Positions 35,978 to 47,640 of a stretch of DNA of 64,000 bases are shown piece after piece. Within the stretch, counting starts at the first letter, position 1, and each line of letters starts with the position of its first letter. The notes beneath the pieces are model-generated. The model ran no database searches and was not told the origin of the DNA. It worked only from the letters and a program-made list of their open reading frames with translations. The stretch spans positions 20,029-84,028 of the forward strand of contig CAZUBA010000002.1 in the NCBI GenBank assembly GCA_964618565.1. Direction: 5' to 3'. The translations under genes were made by a program, and so were the position numbers. Source of the DNA: an uncultured Candidatus Peribacteria bacterium (GTDB lineage: Bacteria > Patescibacteriota > Gracilibacteria > BD1-5 > UBA2023).

Positions 35978-36955
35978 ATGCAAATAAATATAATTACCTT
36001 AAGTTGAGAAGAGGCTTCAACTTTATTAAGTAAGTCAAAATCTAATGGTGTAATCAATGGTGTTTTAAAGTTAATATATCAATGAAACTTGTTGGTTCCA
36101 AATTTGGAACCAACAAGTTTGTCAACTTCAAAAATGCCGTGGACAAATTATTCAAACCCAAAGCCTGATCTTGCTGATGTAGAAATAGATGGAAAGACCT
36201 ATGCAATTGCAGAAGCCCATCTTCTAAGAGAGAATCATGTAAAATTTGTTCATTCAGCCGATTTGATGTATCCTGTTATTTGAGTTATTGAAAAATTATT
36301 GGAAAGAGATGAAAAACTAAGTGTAATTGATGAAATAAAGCTTCTGAGTCCGATTAAAAATGAGGTGAAAATATATGCGCAGGACATTTCAGCTTGAACT
36401 AAATTTAATTTCAAAAAAGATAAGATTAGTGCAAAAGGCTTTGTCACTACAAGTAATTGAAGAAGAATTGAGTTTTTTGTTATTGAAAATCCATCCAGTC
36501 CGATTCAAGAAATAAGAAGTGCCAATCTTTTTTCGACAATGCTCTATGAAAAAAGAGTAGAAAAAGAAGAGAATAGATACAGCTTTTGATTAAATCCTGA
36601 AATAAGTGAAAATTTTTTTAGATGATTTAGCAGATCGTATCCTGTGCAGATATCGACTATTATCGATATCTTAGTAAAACAAAGCAGCACATTTAATATG
36701 ATTGATAGTTCTAATGGCTATAGCTTTGGTTATGTGCAAAGAATTAAAAATCTACCAGGGAAAATAGATTTTGATTCTCTTGTAAAGAATGGAGCCCAAA
36801 TTGAAATTTTTGTAAATATGGCAAAAAGAAGGAAAATGCCCTCTTGAATGTTTGTTATACCCTTAGAATTTTCATTTCCATGACAAAGTGAGCCAACATT
36901 GATTTATGCGGCCATTACTGAATCATTAGACATTTTTGATAAAGCTCAAGAATAA
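35978..36955 (+). CDS. hypothetical protein (325 aa)
   Basis: Two track ORFs are in the same frame, joined through TGA codons. TAA stop. Confidence 0.6.
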
Positions 36956-36989
36956 AAGTTAGACTTTAAATATTAAAGCCTACCTGAAA

Positions 36990-37022
36990 TAAAGCCTCTT
37001 TAAAAATTTAAAGAGGCTTATT
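36990..37022. terminator. bidirectional terminator between convergent genes
   Basis: Stem aagcctcttta/taaagaggctt. Confidence 0.6.
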
Positions 37023-37024
37023 GT

Positions 37025-38542
37025 TTATTTTTTTGGCAGAATAGTTGTAATGGCTTCTGTAATCCTTGCAAATGTCTCATCAAAATCTCAAGAAGCTCTT
37101 AAATAATCCCTTCATTCTTGAGGATTAGCTTGTCTCATAGCATTCAAGGTTTCATCGAATTCATCCATTCAAGGAACAATGATTCATTTTTCTCTTAATT
37201 CTGCTCAGAATTGTGCCACATGTGATGTCTCTAAAAATATAACTGGAGTATCTGAGTGAAAAGTTATAAAATCATGATAATCAATTCCGCTCTTTTTTCC
37301 AAATTGCTTATACCTAAGCCACGGAGCCACAGCCGATGCCGTATGAGGATCTATTCAATGATTATATTCTTGTCAAAATTCTTTAATAGCATTTAATCTT
37401 TCAGTATCTGTTGAAGTTGTCGAAATAAAGGTTTCCTGTATTTTTCTCAGAATTTCAGTACCAACTTCAAACTTACCATTTTTAGAAAGCTCATCATAAA
37501 ATCATTTTATTCTAGCATTATCAAATCAGCATGCATCAAAAAGCATCCTTTCAAAATTGCTTGATTTTGCTATATCCATAGATGGAGCGTTTGTGACTTG
37601 TACAAAATCTTTTCAGTCTCTCTTGGGAGGCTCATAAATTCAAGTCTTGAAAAATTTATGCAGCATGTCATTTTCATTTGTTGCAACCACAATTTTTTTG
37701 ATGGGCAGTCACATTTTTTTAGCATAATATCAAGCCAACGCATCTCAAAAATTTCAAGATGGGACAGAAAATATTACTTCATCTCAATTTTTAATGGCTC
37801 AATTTTTCAATAATTCAGCATATGCCCTGAAATAATAGACAACCTGCGCTAAAATTCTTGCTATATTTATAGAATTAAAAGAAGTTATATTATGCTCCTT
37901 TTTAAAATCTACAAATTCTGGACCATTAACCTTTTTTACAATATCTTGAAGCGGATCAAAAGGCTTATCTGCCAATAAAGTTAGGGCATTTGGATTATCA
38001 ACAATCCCATTTACAGCTTGTAAGCCTTGGACGTGAGAAGGTCAAACATTAGGCAGCATAAAAACAGACCTGATATTTGTTCATTTTACTCCGCTATGAG
38101 CTGCGTTTATAGTATCTCATGAAGATGCTCATAAGACATTTACAATCTTTCATTTTGTCAATACAGAAAGTAATCTAGGAAGAAATTCCAAGGCCACATT
38201 CTTAAAAGCAAAAGTAGGACCATATCACAAATGAAGCGAATGCAGATTTGTATCTCATATTTGTTTCACAGGAGTAATTTCACTTCTATGCCACTGCTCT
38301 CAATAAGCATCATTGATTATCTTTTTCAATTCTTCTCAAGAAACTCAAAAATCAAATCTTAATAATATGCTTAAGGCCACTTCTTGATATGTTTTCCCAG
38401 CAAGATGCTGAATCTCCTCTGATGTTACTTGAGGAAAATCGGTAATGGACCACAATCCTCATGATAATGGCTGACTTGTTTGTATTGCACCGGATAAATT
38501 TAATCTTTCGTCAGACCTAGAATCAGATAATAGATAATTCAT
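37025..38542 (-). CDS. thrC: threonine synthase
   Basis: 505 aa. Motifs GGLW, GPTFAFKNVAL, SSGDTINAA, PSGNFGD. Frame checked by triplets. Confidence 0.85.
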
Positions 38543-38870
38543 ACTCGAGTTTTACTAATTAAAATGTTATTCTCTTTTACATATTTATATTCAATAGTCA
38601 AAAGTATTTTGGATTTTAAGATGCCTCAAGAAAATATTGACTTAATGAGATAAATAAATAAAAGGTATTAATTGATTTATTTTTTAAACAAAAAAGCCAA
38701 CTTAATAAAAAATAAAATAATAAGTTGTTTTCAAAGGAGATTAAAGATATCGAACAAAAACAAATATTTCTCTAGCTGGGAGAAGAAAGGAATGATGGAA
38801 ATTTCAGCAGTCGCGGGGAAACTATCTTTAGGTGCAACTAACAGAATCAAAAACCGAAAGGAGAATGAGT

Positions 38871-39212
38871 ATGTCAAGAATCTGCGGCTTAGTAGCAATT
38901 TTCGTTTTCTGTCTGATCCTGCCTTTGCAGGCAATCGCCGGCGAGCTTGAGGACGGGAAAATCAGCAATGGCCTGAAAAATGCGCCGGATGTGTCCATCC
39001 TTCAGAGCGAACCATCAGAGCCGATCGTGGTTGCAGTAGGAAACGCCTGGGACTACGCATCCGGAACCATAATGCAGCCGTGCGGTTGCTGGGGATACAT
39101 CCCTCCTTCAACCGCAGTCGAGCCCAAGTGCTTCAGTGGCTACGTAGTGCTTGCCGCATGTAACACCTATTGCTCAGGGGGAGGATACTCATATGGCTAC
39201 AGATGCATGTAG
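38871..39212 (+). CDS. secreted cysteine-rich small protein (GC-rich, TGA-free)
   Basis: RBS aaggag lies 7 nt upstream. Signal peptide MSRICGLVAIFVFCLILPLQAIA. C-terminal CGCWGY...C...C...C...C. TAG stop. Confidence 0.7.
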   Translation: MSRICGLVAIFVFCLILPLQAIAGELEDGKISNGLKNAPDVSILQSEPSEPIVVAVGNAWDYASGTIMQPCGCWGYIPPSTAVEPKCFSGYVVLAACNTYCSGGGYSYGYRCM

Positions 39213-39307
39213 TGTCCGCCTAGAGCAAAATAATGAAAAGTGATTTTATCAGCCTGCAGAAACTGTAGTGCAGTAAAACAGAAGAAGTTTGGCAACATGT
39301 CGAAATC

Positions 39308-39337
39308 GGGGCCTAGTCTTGCACTAGGCCCCTTTCT
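39308..39337 (+). terminator. GC-rich rho-independent terminator
   Basis: Stem ggggcctagt/actaggcccc with loop cttgc, followed by TTTCT. Confidence 0.7.
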
Positions 39338-39405
39338 ATTATGTCCCCCGTTTCTTAGGGGCAAGCTGAAACGAACTTGAGAGACTTGCACCCTTTAAAC
39401 TCCGA

Positions 39406-39433
39406 TTGACATTTTAATAAAAGGCTTTATAAT
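39406..39433 (+). promoter_or_regulatory. sigma70-like promoter
   Basis: TTGACA-N16-TATAAT. The -10 element ends 27 nt before the ATG at 39460. Confidence 0.5.
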
Positions 39434-39459
39434 TATTGTGATTTTAAATAAGCCATTAT

Positions 39460-39912
39460 ATGAAAAATGAAATAATAGAGAGATTAAGGGCGACTGAATG
39501 CGAGTGGCTGGAACTAGAAGATTCCATGGAAATTGATCAAGAAAACCGTAAGCCTGCCTCCTCGGAATGCCCTGAAACAATTATTGAGTTGACCGAAAGA
39601 ACAAGAGAAAGGACTCTTCGACAACTAGCCCTGATTGCCTGACTATCGGAATTGTTACCAAAAAGGCAGAAAGATGATCTCAATCCTCCAGATGTATTCG
39701 ACAGCATAGAATATATTTCAGCACAGGCGAAAAAATTACAAAAGCAGATACTTGATGCAGTGGCTAGTGATGTTAAGCAGATACTAGACAATGTAATGTT
39801 TAAAGCGTCATTGCTTTGATTACCAAGATGAATCAAAGATGGAGAAACAAGATTTTCAACTATTATTACAGAAATAGAAGCGCTTTGAGAAGACGAAAAT
39901 ATTCCTTCCTAA
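39460..39912 (+). CDS. 150-aa protein of unknown family, paralog A
   Basis: Frame checked. 4 TGA-Gly codons. Shares IIERLRATECEW and LLGLPRGIKDGETRFSTIITEIE with the 51750..52202 product. Confidence 0.65.
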
Positions 39913-40094
39913 AGGTGCATTTCTTTGTAAGTACATGCCCAATCAAAGTTCAAGATTAAATAAAGTTCCGGTAACAGCCGGAATTTTCAATTTTAAGCGA
40001 CGTGGGCTTATATCTCAATGATCAAATATCTTTTGACTACAACTGATATAAATGATAGAATTCGTATAATTTAAATTATTAACAATAACTAATT

Positions 40095-41105
40095 ATGAAA
40101 AATGCATTAATCTTATTTATAGTATTATTGTTTTGAGTATTTAATCTCACAAACACATATTCTGATTCAAATTCAGCTGTAAATAGAAATTCATCAAAAA
40201 AAGATGCTTATAAAGAAATCTTCAAAAAACAATTATGAGATAAGCTAACAAAATTAAATGATCAGAAGAAAAATTCATTAGTTACTAACATTGATATTTT
40301 ATTGAACAAATATAAATGAAATTCTAAAAAAATTAATGTATCTGTACAACTGACTGCGCTTAAGGAATTGATTGTTGAAGCAAATCAAAAAACAACAGGT
40401 GGCTGAGATATCACCAAATCCAATAACGAACCTTATGCCGATATGCTTAAAACATATGATATCAAAATATATAGCAATGGTATTAATCTTGAATTAAAAG
40501 ATGGAACTGCCAAGGGTTTGGAAAATGTGAAAAAGGATTTAGAAAAGGTCAGATTTCTATATTGAACAACTTCTACTGAGAAATATATGTTTGGCAGATC
40601 GTTTTTGGGTTTTACAGATAATTCTGATATGAAAAATATCTATAACTTATGCTTAGATAATTTAACTCCAGATACCAAATATACATTTTCAATGCTCTTA
40701 TTTCATATTAAAGATAAACAAAACGGGAATCAAGAAATAAGAAATGATTTCGCTCCAGGTTATTTTATAACAAAAAATGATAATAGCACGATATCATGTT
40801 CTAATAAATTAAATTTGCCAATTGATAATATTGATAATGTTAAAATCAAATCAGAAAATACAACAGCAAAAATTGATTGGGAATTCAGTAAGGGCGCAAG
40901 GGCAGAAATATATATATTCGATTCTCCAATACAGTTCAATAACAGTCAAAAATCAATAAATAAAATAAATTTGGATTATAATAAGAACTGATTATATAGC
41001 GCTGAGTTTAAAAATCTTCAAAAAGGAAAAAAATATTACTATTTTATAACTCAGGATGTCGAAAAGGCTGACATAATTAAAACTTGAGAATTTACAATCG
41101 ATTAA
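40095..41105 (+). CDS. secreted hypothetical protein (336 aa)
   Basis: N-terminal hydrophobic signal MKNALILFIVLLFGVFNL. The track ORF 40587.. is in the same frame. Confidence 0.6.
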
Positions 41106-41157
41106 AAAACCAATATTTATTGCTTTCTTTTATGACATAATTGAAATCTAATAAATT

Positions 41158-41196
41158 TTAAAACTCCAGTTGCAAATAACTGGAGTTTATTGTTTG
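41158..41196. terminator. bidirectional terminator
   Basis: Stem aaactccagt/actggagttt. Confidence 0.6.
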
Positions 41197-41247
41197 GATT
41201 CTAGTACTGATATAAGATAAATGTAATTACAATAAAAGAAGGGCAAA

Positions 41248-43347
41248 TTAAATTCGTCTCATAATACTCAATAATAATAATGTGGACTTGGCAACTATTT
41301 CTTTTCGTATGATATCATGTTCGCCTTCTTGATTAGAACTTATATATTTTTGCTCTGCCCATAGAATTCGATAAATGTATTTAAGTGTGTTTTTCATATC
41401 CGAGAGCTCGTATCCTCTTGGCATTGAGTAAGTATCATAATCGTACCTGAAACTCCCTGGAGGCAAGCGTGCCTCAAAAAGCTTTTTCAAAAGATTTTGC
41501 AGGTCATCTATCATGGACAATTCTTTTCTCGTATGTTCTGTGTATGTTACAACAAATAGATTCTTTCGCCTAAGAGTAGCTATTCCTTTAGTGTAGCTTT
41601 TTATGAATATTGCATTTCATTCTAATTTCTTTCGCGTATTCAAATCATATGCAGTAAGAGTTTTTAAATCTCATGAATTTGATTCGATAAGAGAAATTGC
41701 AATTTGAGGAACTATTCAGTCTACATATCAATATTTGTCATGCCAAACAGCAGAAAAGAAACCGAATAAAGAATTTTGTTTTCCATAGTTCAAGTAATCA
41801 TTTGATGACAGCACATCATTTCATACATATAAATAACCCTCTCTTTCCAACTCGGAATATTGATTATGAAATGTATTGAAATCATCACAATCAGAATGTT
41901 TGACTGAAGGCATATCCGCTCTAATTTCAGAAACATGCGCTAAATAAAGCAAACCATCGACTTGTCCTCAGATAACATCATTATCATTCGGATAAGATTC
42001 TGATTGTTCTCTCTTTATATAATCTTTCACAATATCATTATCTATTTTTCTGTATGGAGTTCAAAACAGTCGATCGGCCCAATCTTCCACCGTCATTGTT
42101 TTTCCTCATATCAAACTGATTGTTTTGCCTACAAGAGGACTCACACTGGAATGAATGGGATGCTCATAATGATGATTATTCTTATATATCGATCAAGACT
42201 GGGCAATAGAATAAGAATCGTTCTCATAATTCATTTTAAATGGATATTTGGGATAGTGCCTCTTGAATATGGCACAAATCTTCAATATTCATTTTAAGGA
42301 TTCAATTTCGGATTTATCAATAAGAGATATTTCTGCCATTATCTCCCCTGCTATCTTCGGCGAGATTATCTTAACCTCAAGATAAGCTTTTCTTAATTGT
42401 CAAAAAACTGATGTCGGCTGTTTCATCCTGTAGTCAAGAAGCTCTTTTCTCTCAGAATCGCTCAAGACACTGTTGTATTTAGGCGCGCCGACATTATTAT
42501 CAAATTCATTGTCATTTATATCTGGAAATTTGGAATTTTTTATTAAGATTCCATTATGTTCAACATTATAAATGTTTCCTTTGAAGTTTAATTCCAGATC
42601 TTGGATATCGTTACGATAAAATGCAAAACTCGCCTCCAAAACCCCTCTTGAAGATTCAGTTTCAATTCATTCAAATAATGTTAATTCATTGAGTATGTTC
42701 TCAGCTATTTTGGGTTCGTAATTTTTAATCATCAGGTATTTGAATCTTAATTGCCCCTTAACAGAAATAGGTTTTTTCCAAAAAATATAATCTATAAGCT
42801 CTTCAGTTTCTTCATGAATGAGATTGCCTCTTTTTTCAACATCTTTTCTGTAATTCAATACAATTCCCTCTTGTGAATCTGAAGGCAACAACCTTGTTCT
42901 ATATAATCACAGATTATCATCCAGAGGTTCGATTAGTGGCTTATCGATATTTCTTTTTATGAGATTTTTTCATGATATTCTGTAGTGCAGTTCGCCAATT
43001 TTCAATTCGAATTCAGAAAGATATTTTTTCAATATCAAGCAAAGATTGACCCTATTATCGTTTAGAATTTCGTAATAAGCGGCAGATCATCTTTTGATTT
43101 CAAATAAGCTAACCAGATCGATATCATCCAATTCTATCCGCATCTTCTCCGCTTCCTCACAATCATTGTTTTTGACAATGATGTAATAGCGATTTAGCTG
43201 TTCTTTTACTGCTGATATATGTTTTTTTTGCATAATTTCCGCAGTCCGCTTCTGAACGATTGATTTTGCATTCTCATATGCCTCCGGTCCTCTGGCGCCA
43301 GATAGAGATTGCTTCTCTATGATATTGGGTAAATTATTTCTATGCAT
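41248..43347 (-). CDS. hypothetical protein (about 700 aa)
   Basis: Four track ORFs share one frame, with no TAA/TAG between them (checked). ATG at 43347 (TTG at 43356 also possible). Confidence 0.6.
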
Positions 43348-43542
43348 GTCTCTCAAAATAGATAATTTTAAAAAAATTTATTAATATATTATAACAATAA
43401 TAATTACTTATGCAAATAATGTAGAATTATCATCATTTTACCTGTTGGCATATCATCATGATATGTCCATCTTCATGTCGTTTTATAAGTTCAATGAAAA
43501 CCAATTCAGCTTATGGCTTTATGACAAATAATTAAATTAAAA

Positions 43543-44145
43543 CTAAGATCAGCTTGTTCACAAGTATCATTTCAAATTTAAAATCCTATTTACTTTCTCT
43601 CATACAGCATAAGTTCTCACATCTGGACTATTTGGCTTAAGAATAGGAGTATCAAAAATAGTTTTTATCTCATCTGCTTGATCATATATTTTGGTTGCGG
43701 ATTTGACTGATAGTCACTTATGCCGTTGTCATGATGAACTTATGGTCACCTCATTCATATGTGTCGTTTCATAAAAAAGTTTGATATGCCATGCTGGAAA
43801 GAGAAATATTTTTGAAATTGCAATTGAGTTTTGAAAGTGTTCAAATAAATCATCATTTTTTGATGCTTGCCTCAATATTCAAAGCGGTCTTAAGCCACTT
43901 ATTGTCCTGTAGAATGCAAGGGCATAAATATCATTGTCAGTCAGCTTCAAAAGCTGTTCCACGAGGATATTGACAGGCTGACCATAAAGTCTGCATTTGA
44001 CTTCAACATCAGTCTCATCATCCAAACGTAAATCAGCTCATTTATTAACTCCTCTTTTAACTCATCAAAGAAGTTGTCCTACGCTTTGTTCTCAAATATG
44101 GCAGCTCAATTCACGGGCACGATTAATAAGGATTAGATCATTCAT
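43543..44145 (-). CDS. hypothetical protein (200 aa)
   Basis: Frame checked by triplets. TAG stop. Confidence 0.5.
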
Positions 44146-44268
44146 AAATATTAATGAGGTACAATATAGGTTATATATAACTTATAATGAAAAGATTTAT
44201 AAAGTCAATATTATACGCTGCCGCAAGAATCATGTAGCATTTGCCCGGGTGGAAATTTACCTATGATA

Positions 44269-44296
44269 TTGACATATGCTATATATTATATATAAT
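44269..44296 (+). promoter_or_regulatory. sigma70-like promoter with about 113-nt leader
   Basis: TTGACA-N16-TATAAT. Confidence 0.45.
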
Positions 44297-44415
44297 AATT
44301 TTACTTTTGGCTAATGCGCCATTTCAAACAAAAAATCAGTGAGATGGTTGATATTTTCAATCCAAATTCACTGATAACAGTTCATGAACATATAAATTTT
44401 TCCTAGGAGGAAAAA

Positions 44416-45126
44416 ATGGATACCCGAAATTCTAAGATTTTAGGATGGTCAGTATTTGCTTTAACTCTTTTGGCGTACATCCCTCTTGGTCTCGGCAGCT
44501 GGAATAAACCTGCAGAATTCAATATGCCTAGCTTTCTGGCATGGGTTCTATTGGCAGGACAATTCCTTTATGCAACCCACTCTCAAGGTTTTGATGGTTG
44601 GAGGATGCCCTTCGGATACTTCATCGGCAACATAGGAGTTGTGATAGTCATGTTGTATCGAGGCGGATATACGATGAATCTGACATTTACTGAGCATATC
44701 CTATTCGGAGGTACGATTCTTGTAGGAACAATATGGTTTATATGCTACCAGCGTTCGAAGAAAAGCAATCCTAGGATACTATACTTCGGAAACATCCTCG
44801 TCGATATGATATCCTTCTACCCGCAAATTAAGCAATTTGCAGGAGTGCATGATCCTGTCAGCCTCAAGACACTATTAGGCTGGGCAATGTTTCTCCTTAT
44901 CGCAGTCATTAATGTATTCGTGGTAGAAAGATTCATGAAGAAGATAGCAATGAAAGATAGAGAATATGAATTTGCCTTTAATCGAAAAAAGAGAGTCATG
45001 TCGATTTTGGAGGAAAGCCTATTCTCAATCGAGCAATCAATCTTCATCGGTGGCCTGCTCGTATTAATGCTGTTTTGAAAACATGAACTGATTAGTCCTC
45101 GCTCTAGCGAGGACTTTTCTTATTAA
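44416..45126 (+). CDS. multi-pass membrane protein with PQ-loop-like motif (GC-rich); extended 16 codons past a fossil TGA stop
   Basis: RBS aggagg. The 220-codon TGA-free ORF contains ISFYPQIKQF. The TGA at 45076-78 would read as Gly in this host. The next stop is TAA at 45124-26. Confidence 0.7.
45094..45118 (+). terminator. rho-independent terminator lying inside the read-through extension
   Basis: Stem agtcctcgc/gcgaggact with loop tcta, followed by TTTT. Confidence 0.7.
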
Positions 45127-45163
45127 TTGAAATTGTATAATGAAGACTTGAATTATTATATAG

Positions 45164-46555
45164 TTATTCTTCGTCGGTGAATATTTCAATTTTACCCTCA
45201 TCCATAACTGGCAAATATAAATTAAAGGTTGTTCCTTTATCTCAAACACTATGGACTGATATATTTCAACCGTGTTTCAATATGATGCTCTGAGTAATGA
45301 ATAACCCTAATCATCTGCCGGTATTCAAATCTCAACTTGTTCAGAAAAAAGGTTTGAATATTTTTTTAAAATCATCTTCTTTTATTCAGCTTCAAGTATC
45401 TTTTATGGATATGCATAAATACTCACCCTCTTTAGTTAATTTTAATGTATTTGTCATATTCCTATCAGCAACGATAGTTGAGACATCCAAAGTTATAGTC
45501 CCCTTTCACCTTATTGCCTCTTTTGAATTTTCTATCAGATTTGCTATTGCTTTTACAAGATGATTTCGATCTCCAAGTACAAAAACATTCGGATCTTGTA
45601 TATTGATATTAAAAGTCACTTCATTGTGAGTAGATCAATCCCATAATCCTAGGTTATGAAAAATTTCATTAACTTTAAGAGGCTTGAGTTTAATTTTTTG
45701 TATGTTTCTTACCTCACTGAATCTTCTTGTCATTTTTTCCCCCTTAATGCAAACTGCATAAATTTTTTCGATTATTTCCTTAAATGAATTTGTGCTTGAT
45801 TCGATTTTTCCGATTTCAGAATTAAATTCTCATGTATCTTTTAAATTTTGGATAATCTCAGATATTTCCTCCAATTGTAATTCTCAGAAATGGGTGTAAG
45901 AATTGATTGCTGTTAAGACTTGACTGAATAGATGCGATAATTCTCATAATGAATTTGCGAATTCGGTATTAATATTCGATTGGTGCAATAGCTCTTTGAG
46001 CTTTTTTTTCTCAGTTATGTCTTCAACCATAACCATTGCCATTCAATCATAAGGTATGACAGTAAAATTTCTCCATGTTCTCTTTCATCAGAACTTAGAT
46101 ATGTAATCAATATTATACAAATAATTTATTTCTCAATTTGTGCAGGATGATTGAATTGCATCCAAAAGTCCTATTTCTAAATACAGCTCGATATCTTTCT
46201 GTACATTTTTTCAGATAAGCTTATGGCTCTCATCTCAACTTATTGAATACATAGGCGGATTAACATACTTTATTGTGTAATCCTTATCAATCAATAAAAC
46301 TCAATAAGGTACTTTCTCAAGTACCCCCTGTAATATCCTGCTAATTGGAGTATTTATATTTATTCAAGTATTTTCAGGGGAAGCTGATTTAATTTCTTCC
46401 TTAGACATTGCATTTAATAATTCAGCTACTTTATCTGGATTACTGCTTAATATCCTTAGCAATTCTTGAGAACTTAATAAGCCGCCCTCGCATAATTCAG
46501 CAGCAATCTTATTTGGATCATCATTTGATTTAATTATATTTCCTACGCCGTTCAT
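45164..46555 (-). CDS. PAS-domain sensor histidine kinase
   Basis: 463 aa. ELSHLFSQ H-box-like region, N-box LIENSKEA, DTGSGI, GRGLGL. Frame checked. Confidence 0.8.
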
Positions 46556-46691
46556 AATAAGTATATATATTAAAAATAATTTAACCAAATAGTAAATATA
46601 TAAGTTTTAATGTCAAATTAAAGCATCTTGTAAATATATTCTTAGCATTTTCTTAAATATGGCTTAAAGTTGAGTTTCATTTGCGTAATTT

Positions 46692-46724
46692 AAAAAATAG
46701 ATAGCTTAAGCTATCTATTTTTTA
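46692..46724 (-). terminator. palindromic terminator
   Basis: aatagatagctt/aagctatctatt flanked by A/T runs. Confidence 0.6.
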
Positions 46725-46738
46725 AAGTCAAAGAGTAA

Positions 46739-47464
46739 TTAATCGCCATCTGCTCAGGTTCAAGAAATACCTGTATCATCATCGCCCTGATTGATCAGAT
46801 TAAAAGCCAAAAAGTTAGAAAATCAGTCATCATATAAAATTTTTTGTCATCTTCAAGGGAAATGTGAAGAAATACCAGAAACTGATTTTGAATTTTTTCA
46901 ATTCAACTCGACTGTGCCTGTTATTGGTTTTTTAATTGTTAATTTATTTGGATTCCTATCTTGAGCCCCTTGTAATGCTACAATATCAGTGAACTCTTTA
47001 ATATTTATGATTATCGCATCTTTTCCAGCTATTGCATCTATAAAGTTCTGTCAGATATGTCCTAGGGATAAGGCATAATATTTTCAATCCAGTTGAACTA
47101 ATGGAAGCATTCTCTTGTCTTTCATCAACTTGATTGCTTGAGTAACCTTTTGAAGTGCAAGGTCATTTTTATCCTCAAGAAGCTTTTTCTTTATATTTGT
47201 TTTGGAGATAATCCGATTAATCTTATATCTGATTGCAGCAGCAATATATCAAAAAATGGTATTTTGAGCTGCTATAAGATTGACTTTATTTATCCTTTTC
47301 GATAAATGTCAGGTGGGATACATATTATTTAATCCGAGATATTCTTGTAAAACCTCAAGTTCATCTAACTGTATTTTTCTAATATATAACTTCCCCAGCA
47401 TTTCTTCTGCTATTTCATCCTCAAAGGGAAAGGGATTTGCTTGAATATTATTATTTAAATGCAT
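46739..47464 (-). CDS. hypothetical protein (241 aa)
   Basis: Frame checked by triplets. Confidence 0.55.
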
Positions 47465-47640
47465 TTTTATAAATATTAATTCCTGAAAATAATATCATAA
47501 AATGTTTCAAGCGCAAAAAATAGCAATATAAAAAAGGGACTAATTTCAATTTAATTTAAATTTGATTGCATAATTGACAAATTCAATTAAATATTTATTA
47601 TGAATCATATTTGTTTAGGTTTAGCTTTTTTAATAAAAAA

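Noticed and set aside
39197-39836. Minus-strand ORFs of 61-99 aa inside and just after the GC-rich island.
   Set aside because: They overlap the terminator, the promoter and paralog A on the opposite strand. They have no start or RBS context and arise from the locally elevated GC.
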